Shown one piece after another: positions 1-13,325 of a DNA stretch of 20,000 nucleotides. The notes under the pieces are model-generated. The model did not search any database. It was not told the DNA's origin and worked only from the letters and a program-made list of their open reading frames with translations. Each line of letters begins with the position of its first letter. Positions within the stretch are counted from its first letter, which is position 1. The DNA lies in NCBI GenBank assembly GCA_000934665.2, contig JYFJ02001606.1, forward strand, positions 55,176 through 75,175, in the 5' to 3' direction. Origin of the DNA: Catajapyx aquilonaris (taxonomy: Eukaryota). Both the position numbers and the translations under genes were made by a program.

Positions 1-1205
1 TCTGTAATTAATAATAAATTGATAGTATTAATTAATTTACACAGTCAATTATCGAATATTAATTAACCAACATGTAAGTAGGCAATTAGTAGTAGGCAGT
101 GTTTAAAAAACCCTTTTAGTGTACCCCCCCCCCAAGTCATTATCATAAAATTTCATTTACCGGCGACTATTTCCGAATCTTTTTTATTATTTCCGACATC
201 TTCTCTCTTGTGGTATAAATTCATTCACTTTGATATTAGATACCGTGGGCAATGAAAAAAAGCATATAATTTTTCAGGTCCATTTCCATTAATGAAAAGA
301 TAGAAAAATAATACAAGCACTTACTAACTGTCTACATGAATGTAAATGCCTTTTTTAAAGCATAGAAAATAATTGACTGATCCGCCCTTCACGTTTCCTT
401 CACCCCTCCAGTTTCATTCAACCCCAAAATAATTCCATTCACCATGGATGAACAAGATGTCAGTTTAAGAAGCATTGGACTAGCCTACATGTAAGTGCAC
501 CGAAAATTAGTAAATTGACAAATCGACAGACATTGAGAAAGAAATTTCAAACATGTCAATATAAATTAATTGGATGCCCAATATCTCGGTAATGAGGCCA
601 CATAGACCAAACGACCTACCTACCCAAAATGATCATCTCCATCCCAGAAACTCATCCCCCCAAAAAAATCATCTCCCGAACTACCAACCACCCTGTACAT
701 CACTCGACATGCGCACAGGTTTTGAGCGATGTCCTTCTGTAACATACCAAAAAAAAAAAAATCGCCTCCCATCCAGCAGCAGGCTATTATTTCGAAGGTA
801 GCTGCAAGGTAAAGCAGTCGATAAAACGATCCTCACCATCGCTGTTTTGTGCAATTGTGGGCGGAAGGGTGGCCATATACTTTTTCCACCTTCCCCACCT
901 ATACCCCCCCCCCCTTTCCAGCTTTTATTTTACCCATGCCAGAGCATGTCATGCGTTGAAACGGTTGCCTCGGAACCTCCCCAGCATACACGCCCCTCCT
1001 CCTTCTATATATCCCCCCCGCTCCTCCATCCCCCACCTCTCTTTGCACTGTGCCAAAACATAGCATGGGAGCCTACCTGTGGCCCATTGGACGATGAGCC
1101 GTGTGCATGCAAAGGTGTGGGAAAGATCACTGGACCTCGTCACTGATATGAAGGCCAAAGGTTTCGTGATAATAGGTGCGGTTCGGACTAATATGTGAGG
1201 AAGCT

Positions 1206-4200
1206 ATGCTGCTTAGTTGGCCCCCCTGTGCCTTGGTCTCGTTTGTTGTTGTTGTTCTGCTGAGACCGGCTCGAACTCTGCAACCCGCACAGGTGAGCTT
1301 TTTACAATATTATCCTCTCTCTTTTTGTTGTATAGTCCGAGCAGATATTAAGCCCCTCGGTTTTAAACAAGTGGAGCTTGATGATGCTTGTTATTAACGG
1401 GTGGATGGGGATGATCGGAAATTTGACAACGGGCTTCAAAGTGGAGGGGCAACAATGCTGTTACCGGGTGATTAAAGCGGAATGGCATGTGTTTGGTCAC
1501 TTTACAACAAGCTTTTGCTGGTAGAGAGGGACATGCCGCTTGATATTACACTCCTGCTCTATATGTTCACACAAACGATTTTTTTTTCGAGATGAAATCA
1601 GGCGAATCACACACATTAAGGAGAAATATACAGTAACAATAATCAAATATTACGATCATCATAATCTGAAATTTTCGCTTAATTTTCACTGATTCAACCG
1701 GTCATGTCTTATATTGCACATTTGAATCGTTATGTATATAAGGCAAGTCTGATTTGTTTGTCCATTTTATACTAATTTTATTGTAGCTAGATAGGAGACA
1801 TATTTTTGTTACACGTGACAGAAATATTCGCGTAGACACCATTGGGTAATGGGCAGGTTTATTCCGTTGACAGCAGTCAGTTCTCACAGTAATTACCCCA
1901 AACAGCCGGATATCGATCCTTGATTGATACAATCATTTGCCTTTTTTTCTCTAGGTGGTGTAAAACACATGCTTTGCACATGTTGGCTTCGGAAAAGATG
2001 CGCGACATTTTTGTTTATCAATTTTAAAAATGCTCGACATTGCCCAGAACAAGTCGTGTTGGTCATAAATTTGTAATAAGAAAAAGGGTTCGTTACAGAT
2101 CAATAAGGACAACTCGGAGGGAAAAAAATGTTGCCCTACTTTTGTACATGACAGAAATATAACTGGTTCCGAAATATCGTTACTTTTACTTTCGGTTTGT
2201 TACGAACTATCAGTTTTTCTTTTCTTTCAATTTTGTGTATACTGTACTCAGCCTGTAGGAAAATTCTTATATTGTATTTAAATTTTTTTTGACAGCTATT
2301 GTTGCCCGTTGCGGAATTTTTCACTGCCACTTTTATAGCCCCGCAATCAACATAATTGACAGCCTGGAAAATTTTCTCTCCTCCCCTTAATGACCTACCC
2401 AATTATTTGCACCTACCAACAATTAGCACGAGCACTCGAACCTTAAGATGCTAATTCAGAGTCGGTCTCTCCTTTTGAATAATTTGACCACCACTATTTA
2501 TAGCCATAGTCCCTCTCCAAGCCTTGCTTCTAAACTCCTAGAAATTCCTGAGGATAGTACTATATAGTCCTTTCCAGAACTATTACATCGATCGCACTCC
2601 GTTGCATCACTTTGGCAGCGTCTAAACTGCCTATTAGCAAGGACGAGCCGCATGAAATATGCAGGGAGGGTAAGAGCAAGTTTTGCAAAAAAAAATCGCC
2701 AAAAAAAATATCCGACACGTGACCGCATGTTCGCGCCTCACCTGCAAAGACCTTGACAAAATATACGGAGGGTGAAAAGGGTCATATCCATAATAGATGG
2801 GGGTTAGTGCGATGATTAGGATGAAGATAGACCTAGGCTGGTAGAAATTTTAAAAGACAATGAATTTTGCAAAAATGCTGCAAAAATAAGGTACATTGTG
2901 CGAGGAAATGGGCCGAAAACTGAATGCGGCAGAAGGCAAGGCCCCGGATAATTATTAATTAGGATGATTAAATTTGTACGGTGCGATTTAGTGAAGCAAT
3001 CTGTCAGCTGATGTGACGCAACAGTAATAATTGCAGCATGTAATTAGCATCATACAGTACAAAGCAAGTGTGGAATGTAGGTCAGGTTTCTAAATAAATT
3101 ATTAGTGGCTCCTTTAAATATGGTTAATCTGTATACAGCATCAGTTACACCAGCTCATCTTGGACATTTTCTGGCAAATTGAGAGAGAAATTAGCTATGC
3201 GATAACGTAAAAATTTTGATCAATTCGGTCGGCTTGTGCTGCTCAACTCTGTGAGTTTGTATGTAAACAGAGCCTGAAAACCAGCATAATTTTATAACCC
3301 CATTAAATGTAGTTTGGAAAATTATGCAACACGCCCAACACAATCCAAATTAGGTATAAACTCTGTATTTCCGTTGAAAAATTTATAGTTACAAAGTTTT
3401 TATTAACAGAAGCTCAAGTTGCAAATTTCTATAGACTGCCAATATCTAATACTAGATAATGATTTAAACATTTCTTTTACAATTCTGAGTTATATTAATA
3501 AAGTTCGTATTGCATATTTTATATTTGTATCTTATCAATTCTTATGTTCTTCACTTCTTATCAGTGTCTCATCACTTTATACTGTAAAAGAGCCTCTGTA
3601 ATAAATTTTTCATTTGATTTAATATAGCTTGCAATGATAAGATCAGCCTTACTAATACGTTGTTATCTGAACACACCTTATTGTACGATTTTGTTTATAA
3701 ATATTGGGTTGAGCATGTATGAACATTAAAATTTTACTACGTATACGTACTCACTGTGTTTATTATTGCCTAACAGTCTTTCACAAAGACCTTCTGTAAT
3801 AAAAATTGTTTACTGATACAAATTGATACAAATACACACCAACATAATATTAGTGCTTGATATTATTGATTTGTATATTTATGCGCACAGTATTATAACC
3901 TTTGTGATTTAATTGTACATTTATTAGCACTTATAGCCAATATGACACATCTAAATAAAGCGTCATTAGAATATACGCTCCATCAATCGATCCAAGTTCG
4001 ATTCCCCTCTTTAAAAATCCTGCTAATTGCTCTCTCATCAAGGCCGTGCTAAACTCCCTATCCGAACTGAAACAGGCGGAAAATCTCACTTATCTTCACT
4101 TCCAAACGAGTCAGCCCCACCCATTTGAAGCCCACCAAACCCAAACCGCCGGCAGGAGTATCAATACACAATCGCCATCCGGATTCTCTTCCTCTCCTGT

Positions 4201-7200
4201 TATCCTCCGATATTTTTTTCCATTCTCGCTCTTTCTATCCTTCCATCCATTCCAACCAATGAAGGGAGGAGTTCAGTAGTTTTGTGAAGCAAGGCCAAAG
4301 TTCTCTGTTTGTATCTGCATGAAGAGCTCGATTTATTGTCGAATTGCGTGGCACACAGAATTTCGTGAGTCTGCTCTTGTCACGAAATTTGTGTAGAAAA
4401 AAAGTTAAGAGTTGTTGAATAAATAAATAAATAAATGTCACTTCATATTTAAGTTTGATTAATATGACACACCCGGTACATTGTCTGGGAAGTTGAATGG
4501 ACATATCGATTTGTAAAAAATAATAATATATGGTGTGTACCTTAACGTGATGTGTGTAATCAGAGTGAGTCAGGGGTGTCTTGACCTAGGTCTTGAGATT
4601 GTGCGATTCGTAATGCAAGTTCCGTTACTGGACTGACCTTGAAATGTGTTATGCGGACAATCATGGGGTTTCATCATCGCAGTTTTTGTTTCCTTGGGAA
4701 GATCTGACCTTACACAAACACAGTAGGCGTAAACAAAAACATATATCGGAGGGAGTCATCTTATAATTGCCAGCAATGCTAATTAGGCGTCTTAGAATAA
4801 GCGCAGAGGCCCTGATTCGTGACATGTTAATTATTGTTTTCGATACTGCTGGAAAAATGAACGAAAATACACTCAAAGCTCATTGTTGCGACCTTCGTGA
4901 ATATTTTAAACGATGAAGAATAGCAAACTGACCAGGTATACGTGGAAGTAAATAAATAAATAAAACGCTATGTGAATGTGGGGCAATGTAATATTGCTCC
5001 ACATTTAATATGCAAAAATCAATTGAGCGTGTCACACACCCGCATTTAAATATTGATATTGGACATCTCCCATGTTGACCAAAATTGTAACGCGCTTTTT
5101 GAATTAAACCGCATAATTAGTTAGATAATATAATTGACACACATTTATTTATTTTCTGGTTCTTCCCCAATAGTTATATTTGTACAATGCGTTTGATAAA
5201 AACAATTATAAAAATTTGATTGCATGAAATTGTTTCGATATACAAGGTGGTGCGAATTTCTGTGCCAAAATTCATCCAGTTGATTTTCTCTGCACAGACA
5301 GCATTGTACTTTTGAAGTGTATAAAACGTCTCATTCAAAAACCATTCTTTTCTCTACAGTCTACAGTGTAAGGCATAACTCTGTTTTTTCCTCGCTTTAT
5401 TCCTCTCGCTCAGCAAAGAAGTTTAATGTATTCCTAGCGCTTCTTCTCTCTCGCAAACGTCTATCTCGCGTCTCCATTTCAAGAAAAAAAAAACGGTGTG
5501 GGTATATATATAAAAAATGAGAGCCGGCCATGCCAATGCATAATAAATCTTTCGCTCGTTTTAATGCTAAAAGGAGCACCGACGCTCCCCAAATAAATTG
5601 GCAGTTGAATATCACGAGAATCCAAGGCAAACCGATGAATAAATTACTAGATTCTCCTCTCTCAATATTTTTTTTTGTTCCAGGCAATTCAAATGATTCC
5701 AATATTTTTTTTGCTCCTTCTTGTTATATCCAGCCGTCTATATCTGCTAGACTCATGTCTATCACGAAACCCTTCACAAAATTTGGGACTTTCTAAATGC
5801 ATGTGGTGCATAGCCATACTACAGGATGGGTCAACATTGGTTGAAAAAAAATGTGGCTTTCTTACCTGTTTGGCAAAAAAAATATTTTGGGCTGTACACC
5901 ACCTTGTAGTTGTGGCTATAAAATGTTGATGCTCTCGTTTCCTTCATAGACATAACATATCTCCTCTTTCCAGTTTCCGCTTCTTGACGATTTCGACCTC
6001 TTCGACCTGTCGGATTGGGAACGAAAGTTTATTCTAGGGAATGATCCCAAAGGTAAGGACTCATTCAGTGACTCGATTGACTCTCTCTTCTTATTTTTTT
6101 TCTTATTTCTAGGACAAAATGGCTTAGTTTTTTTTATTATTTCCAGTAGTGGCTTAACATTTGTATGCCTGATTAGGGTGAAATCGATCTGTTATAAATC
6201 ACTCAGGACTACGTTTTTCCCAGGGAGAATTGCAGTTTTATGCTTAATGGATGTGCTCATTGCTTCAGAACGATGTTTATTGCCAAGTGATTTAAACGGC
6301 TATTTTTGGTTGGAAACCCCCCATTATTTAATAGTGCCAATTAATTTGTGCATGACGTTTCCCCCTCTCTGCTTAATGTATAGCAATCACTGCTGAAATC
6401 AAAGGTTTTCATAGGACACATCGTATTAAATTTGAGCACTGTTTATCGTTAATGTATCAACTTTTTATGACATAATTTTGCGGTTATATAGACCACAATT
6501 TTTTACGTGCCAAAGAATGTTATAACAATAAAGCAGATTTGCCAAAAATAACATTGCTTTTTATGCTGCTGTGGTTATTTTGTTTACAAAATGTAGTGAC
6601 CACCTGTCTATTCGCTATGTTACGCAAAGAAATCGGATGCAAACATGTTTTCTGTAATAATTATAATTATAATAATGATGATGATGATAATTTCCTGACC
6701 AGAAAAGAGCATCGAGGTGGCTAGAGTGCTGCAGCACTCCTGGCAAGAGCCAGATGAGTCCGGAAGGCCGACCTCTGACCTGTCCCTCACCCTGGAGACC
6801 AGCGAAGGTGACCTCCACCTGCGGCTGCGAAGGCAGCTCGACCTGGTGTCACCCGCTTTTAAGGTGGTCATCCGAGGAGAGAAGGGAGTGGAGGAGAAGA
6901 GGCACGTCCCCCTGCCCCTTTGCCTCTTCACTGGAAAGGTGACCTCGGGTCACGGAGGTCACGCCGCCCTCTCCACATGCGGAAACGGCAACGGCCTCGT
7001 GAGTTCATTCTCTTTAAGAAATATGGGATCATCACCAACGTGCATGTAGTACCACTTTCACTCGCAGAGTGGCAGTAATGTGCAGAGAGGGATGATCCGC
7101 CATCTATGATAAGAGTAAGGTATTACATGGACAGTCGCGGCCCCGTGAAATTCTGCCACGTTTTAGTCACTAATTTAGACTTTAAAATTATTTATCACGT

Positions 7201-10200
7201 TCTGTTGGCAAGGTCAGACCCCAATGTGTTCATTTAATCCGGATATTTACACGGAAGGGCATGTATTAATAAACACCCCCGCCCCGCATTTGCCCTGTTA
7301 TGTACACATTACCCAATGCAGCCTCTCCCATCGTGGTCAATAAGCTTGTGTATACACCTGTGGAAAAAAAAACCTGACATTTTCACCTGTACTAGGAAAG
7401 TGAGGTTCATACATCTCATTGAAAGAACCGGTCGGCCTATTGATTCCTTTCGTAGAAACGTTGCAGGTGAAAATTGGTTTGAGGATGACAAAAGTTTATT
7501 GATCATCATTCATCAATATGTATACACACGAGAGAAAAATGACCTCTAAGTTCCCATTGTGTTGCACCCAGCCTTGGAAGCCATGGAGACATTACACAGG
7601 TGAAAGAGCTGGTGGTTACCAAGCCTGCAATTGACGCAACCAATCCACTCACCTCTCTGCAGTCTTAATTAGCAATCACGCGATATTAGCGCGGCATCTA
7701 AAATTCGACAATATGGCGATGAGGAAAGCGTCAAATTACATTACAGGAGCTACAGCTTTGTAACAGCTGATTTTCGCAATTTTAGCAACAAATTAGGGCA
7801 ATGCCAAAAATACCTGCTATAGAAGATTTTTTTACGAGCACAACCGAACAATTAGCGCATCTTGTACGGTTGGCATTATCAATGATATCTGGTCAACTCT
7901 CTGTATAATGGATGCACTTATTTCCAACGCTATGCTTGGGGGGAGGGCAAAATGGCAGACGTTTGCGACGTTGCCAAGGCTCTGGAACGAACCTCAACTG
8001 TGCGAATTATGAATCATGATTAATAATTAGTTTGTGGTAGTATGCAAATGTTCTTCTTCTGAAGAATTCAGGGGCGTTTCCCTGTGCCCCTCCCACACTT
8101 TTGGATGCAATGGTCGTGTCGACCACGAGGCCTCTCTTCTGATGCATCAATCAAAGCATGGGGAAGGGCAATGGAGAGAGTGGGGGGAGGGCAAAAAAGG
8201 AAGCTCCTGACTGGTATGGATCACGCGAAATCAGGATTCAAAATTCATCCTGAGCACATCACGTTGTTCGCTTCCACCTAATTGCTAGTGCTTCCCTGTC
8301 ACCCAGTGTCCAACCCCACCATTTTTCAGGGGTAACTTATGGGTTTGAACGACTTGTAATGTCAGATAAGCCCGAAAAATAGTCCATGTTTCCTTACCCA
8401 GGTTTAAACAGGGTTGTCCAACAAGAAAGAAACACTGATTCAGGGAATGCTGATTATTTATATCATTCTTTAAAAAAAATGCCAAATCATGTAATAGCTG
8501 AAAGTAACTGCTACTCTGCGAGACAGATCAAGTGAGAAGATATGGCCAAACAATCGAGGCGTAAAGAGCAAAGAATTGCAGCTGCAAGATACGTAACATT
8601 TTTGCTTATAATAAAGCAGCTAAATAATCAAAATTCTGTAATCAATGTTCTATTCTTATCATACCTTACTATATACAGTTTATGATTGTTACTTTATGCA
8701 TTTTGTCCTTGAACCATGTGAGTTCCCGTAATTTACACAGCTTTTGCCAAAATCTATAATTAAAAATACTACCAAATTGAAATTAATAATTGATCGCCTC
8801 CCTGGATAAAACATGTAAGCTTTCCGCTAATCAGCAATAATTGAGCTATAAGTTGCAATTAATCAAGCATTAAAAGCAGTCACAAGTGTTGCAAAGGTTT
8901 CTGACGTCATTGTATGCATAATGGAGAACTTTTAATAAAAAGCTCCCCGGCCGCTAAAATGATCGGTACATAGATTCTCATTTTGGATGATTGCTTTTTT
9001 AGTACAGAGTTGTTTACTGAGCCGGACTCCACTCTTGTTCATTCTCAATTACTTAATCGAAGCGGTTGAAAGCAGAATGAAAAATCATCTCCAAAAATAT
9101 CGAGTTTGCCATATAGTCTGATCAAAGAAAGTTCGTCGAATAATGTCATGTTTTCACTAAAAAAAGTTAATGAGGAAGCAGCTTATTTCTTATAATCCTA
9201 TCATTTCAAAGCCATTTGCTGTCTTATTATCTTGAAAGTATCCAGAGTGCAGATAATGCAGGTTATGCACAATGGGCCAGTTGTTTACTCCAGCAACCAG
9301 TCATTCGCAATTATTTTCCACATCATATCGCACATAGTACACTGTATCACTCAATATGCGCACATTTCTAGTGGTTATTGCTCTTTAGCTGGTGTGACTG
9401 GCAATCTGGCCACACAACTTTATTTGAATATCCGTTTTAGAGTCTGGAGAGAGAATGAAGTGGCAGAGTGTGGCTTCTGACAAGGCGGTTTCAAATGTGT
9501 ATAACCTGAGACGGAAGTTGTGTCCCCTCAACTAGAGACTAATTACTCATTAATTGCAGCGTGGTGTGGTAGTGACACCGACGGCCCACTATGTCATTCA
9601 CCCTTTGCCGCACAACCTTCGTCGGAAGCGTGAAATCGACAATGTGACCAGCGATGGTTTGCATATCCTGATGAGAGGTCCATCTTTCGGAGTCTGTGGT
9701 CTCAAAAGTGAGTATATAGGAGACGTAAATAAATTGTTGATTCTACACGCGAAAGTGACCGTACACATGAATAAGTTGCAGACGCCACAGACAAGACATA
9801 TGCTTGTGTATATTGAGTTGCGTGACACTTGCCACTTAAAAATGAATTAGGAAAAAAGGACACTGGAGCATCTGAAAAATGAATGAAACGAGTCAATTGG
9901 CACACTTCATTTTCATGCTGTGTTCTTCTAAATAATTCACTTTTTATATGGCATATGACACACTTTACTATGCAATGTGTCTCACTCACTGTGGATATAC
10001 TATTCATATGATGTCATTCATATGCTGTCGTGTTCCTTGGCTTCTCAGCATTGCAAATGTGGATTGTCTGAGCGAAAAGAGACAAATATCATGCCACCGA
10101 GTTTTTAATTAAATTATGATTTCTACTAGATATTTTGCCATAATAACAACACATTTGACCTATAAACGAATTAAAGACAAGGACATAAAGGATGCCTAAT

Positions 10201-13200
10201 ATTACGGAAATAATTAACCGTTATAATAAATCTTTAATGAATATTAATTCATGTACATAACGAATTGAATGTCTACAATAATTCAGCCCCTAATTACGTG
10301 ACGAAATTGCGTAATATTTGATGCTGATTGCTACAAATATTTTTCCTGCTCATATGATTCACAAAAAAATATCATTCTATTTTGTGCATTACAGCACATA
10401 CAATATTTTTTGTATGCATACCAACTCTCCTGTAAGTTGCTTGTGTTGTAAACTGCCGATTCCGGCACCTTTTTTGTGTGTAAACCCCCTCTTTTCATTT
10501 CAAAGGGGAGGGGTGAACTTTAATTTGTGCCATCATTACGTTTTACGGTGCGAGGCGGAAGATAAAGCTGCACTAAAATGTGCGGCAGCATCCTCGATAA
10601 CAATAAAAAAATACAGCGTCGGATAAACGCGAGTAGCATCTGCCCGGTGCATAAAACAGGCTGACAAAACGGTTTTTCTCTTCCCGATAGAGGTGTAGAT
10701 TATGGAAGATTAAACGTGGTCCTCCCAAAAAGCTGCAGTAAAAACCCCCACCCCTTACCTCGGTATGACGAGGTGGACCGTTTTGTTGTGTATTTTGCGA
10801 AAATTGCTAGCTAATACCATTGATCACAAGGACCCCATCCGCTTTGTTTCATCCTGGCATGATGCAACCCAACGATGCTGCTATTGGTAATATATCAGTT
10901 ATACTAGGAACAGCAAGGCACAATTAGTTTCATTTTCAAAGATTGTAATAGGGGTATGTGCATATGTCCGTGGTGAGTCATCAGTATAGGCCATCTATGT
11001 GAGAGAAATGTTTTTTTTCCCAGATATAACACGCATGATGCCGCCTGTCCAGAGTAAGATGGAACCGACAACATGCGTGACACATGATGATGGTACTACA
11101 ACGACCACTAGGTCAGTAACACAGGGTACTACCACGGGAGGTTCTTCCTCTACCGAGAGTGTCGAGGGAACAGCTGCTGGCACTGACGGTGGAGATGTAA
11201 CCACTGTCAGTAGCAACGATACGTCCAACTCGACCAAACCAACAAATACTGCCAACACGACTGGGTCATCAACCACTGAGATTCCTACGACACCCAAAGT
11301 TCCTACGGTCACGTCTCAGGTCACGTCCGTGCCGTCTACGGGAAGGTCAAGGGTCAAACGGAAGGTCAGCCAACGCACCATTGAGGTCGCAGTCTTCGTC
11401 GACGACGTCATGTACACAGCTGTCGAGCGACAGTACCCTAAGGACGAGCCTACGAACAAGATCATAGACATTGTCTTCACTATGATCAACGCCGTGAGTA
11501 TATTCTTGATATGCAGTGGACTTTAGTGCCGGTTAGGTTAGGTTAAGTTAGGTTGTGGTAGGAGATAACCTAACCTATCCTAACCTACCTAATCATATCC
11601 TAATCTAACTTAACCTACCCTACCTTGCCCTACCCTACCCTAACCACCATTGAAGTCCACGGATAGGTTAGGTTAAAACCACGTGCTGCATATGTCATAT
11701 GATAACTTATGCCGTTTTTCCAGGTGGAGCTCCTGTACAACCTGCCCTCATTAGGGATACCCTTTCGACTGGTCCTGCTCCGAATCGACATACTGACAAG
11801 ACGTGCCATCGGATCCAAGCCCAACAAGAGAGGAGGTGAGGTCGAATCGTACCTGTCTTCCTTCTGCCAGTGGCAACGGGCCTTGAACCCAGGAAATGAC
11901 GACAATGTGGATCACTGGGATCACGCACTTCTCCTCACGGGGCTCAACCTCTACGATCGTGTTCCGAGCGCTGACACAGTCATAGGTATTCTATTAATAT
12001 TGCACGAGACGTCGCTCCAGATTTCCTAAAGACTGTCGTTGTTTGTATGAATTATTGATGGATTCGATCAAGAGGCTTAACATCTGCTTAAAACTCCGCA
12101 GGTCTAGCTTGGGTGTCGGGAATGTGTATGGCGCAGTACAGTTGCACAATCAACGAGGGAATTAGCTTCGAATCGGTGTACGTCATTGCGCACGAGATGG
12201 GTCACAAGTGAGTACAAATACTGATGATCCTATCTAATTGCAAGAAGTAATCCAAATTAATATTAATGTAAGAGTACATTATTCATGTAGCAAAATCCCT
12301 TCTTATTCCTTTCCTGCATGATTTATTAAAATTGAATCATTTTCTTCGCAGTTTGGGAATGAGGCATGACGGCCAGAACAGTTGCGACGAGAACATTTAC
12401 ATCATGTCTCCTTCTCTGGGTCCAGGGAAGGTTACTTGGTCGCCATGCAGCAAGGCGGAACTGGAAGCATTTTTAAACACCAGGTAATTTAAAAAAATAC
12501 TTTCGTTGGATATAATTTGAATGTCCTTAATAACACCGTGCTACTTTTTTCAGTCAAACGTCCTGCTTGGATGACCAGGCCAATCCTAACCCCAAACTTC
12601 GTCACAATCAGGGATCGACATATCCAGGTGAAAAGTATCCGGCCCTGCAACAATGCCAGTATGCCTTTGGACGTCTCTTCAGTCCGTATGTCACCAAAAA
12701 GTCACCTTTTGAGGTAAGAAGTCCTACAATCTAAAAAGTGCAGTCACCTCAATTGGCACCTATTTCAACAGGATATATGCAGAGAGCTATGGTGCCAGAA
12801 TAGAACATACGCACTGCGAGCTCATCCTGCTTTAGACGGAACAAACTGCGGACCTAGTAAGGTACAGTACAAAAAAAATGTGCTGTTGACAATCCTAATT
12901 TATGATTACTAATCGTCCTAATTACCATCCAGATATGTATGGGAGGCAAATGTATGACTGACAATCGCGTTAAGAGTCCTGGTACAAAGGCTGTGTCCGG
13001 CAGCAGGACCACAAAGGCTCCGTCAAATGGGTCTGGAAAGAACACTGGTACCACCTTGTCTCCTAGGAGATCACTTCTGTCTCCGACCAAAAAGAGCGTG
13101 CCCAACTCGGCTCCGTCCAGCCTCAGGGTCCAGAGGGACATCCCAGGGAGGTACGTCAGGAGGTTCGTGCAGAAGATGACCGAAGCTGTCACATTCGGGT

Positions 13201-13325
13201 ATGTACAGATATTTAAAAGCATTAATCTCAAACAGTAGTAAAATACAGTAATTAATGTAATGACAAACACATTCTAACAGCATACAATGTGTTTCAGGTT
13301 GAAGCGATTGATGTGGTGGCCATAG
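1206..13325 (+). CDS. ADAMTS-like (reprolysin/M12B) secreted zinc metalloprotease, 12 predicted exons, ~707 aa, no TSP1 repeats seen
   Basis: Phase-compatible GT-AG exons: 1206-1292 (signal peptide [29 protein letters not shown]), 5974-6052, 6703-6998 (prodomain [16 protein letters not shown]...CLFTG...AALSTC), 9560-9707 (RGVV..HYVIHPL..CG cysteine-switch-like), 11024-11493 (Thr-rich, [12 protein letters not shown]), 11724-11985 ([19 protein letters not shown]), 12102-12207 ([15 protein letters not shown]), 12352-12483 (NLGMRHD..IMSP Met-turn..WSPCS), 12554-12713 (CLDD..PGEKY..QQC), 12772-12861 ([16 protein letters not shown]), 12933-13198 (CMGGKC + low-complexity tail), 13298-13325 (LKRLMWWP*). 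Total 2124 nt, open frame throughout. Exons 1, 2 and 12 are less certain than the catalytic core. Confidence 0.9.
6655..6690. repeat. Short (TAA)/(TGA) trinucleotide microsatellite
   Basis: taataattataattataataatgatgatgatgataa just upstream of the exon 3 acceptor. Confidence 0.5.
11531..11675. repeat. Degenerate TTAGG/CCTAA (arthropod telomere-like) pentamer tract in both orientations, ADAMTS intron 5
   Basis: ggttaggttaggttaagttaggtt (11531-11554), then taacctaacctatcctaacctacctaa...ctaccctaacc (11566-11645), then ggataggttaggtta (11661-11675). Confidence 0.75.
12191..12370 (+). other. Zinc-binding motif HEMGHNLGMRHD split by a phase-2 intron (12208-12351)
   Basis: cac gag atg ggt cac aa|gtgagt ... 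ttcgcag|t ttg gga atg agg cat gac gives HExxHxxGxxHD, the ADAM/ADAMTS signature, followed by the IMSP Met-turn. Confidence 0.93.

Noticed and set aside
574..5929. Short ORFs in the track before and within ADAMTS intron 1
   Set aside because: No recognisable domains, biased composition and many non-ATG starts. Only the signal-peptide part of 1176-1397 is used in the gene model.
7590..7906. Possible Tc1/mariner-type ends (tacacagg ... ctctctgtata)
   Set aside because: No convincing matching inverted repeat could be found by eye.
13150..13156. Alternative donor GAG|gtacgt in ADAMTS exon 11
   Set aside because: Possible, since it has the same phase as the 13199 donor, but unsupported without transcripts. 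The 13199 donor keeps the amphipathic segment and gives a typical 99 bp intron.
1206..13325. Assigning a gene symbol (stall, sona or a numbered ADAMTS)
   Set aside because: Family membership is clear, but orthology needs a phylogeny that cannot be run here.
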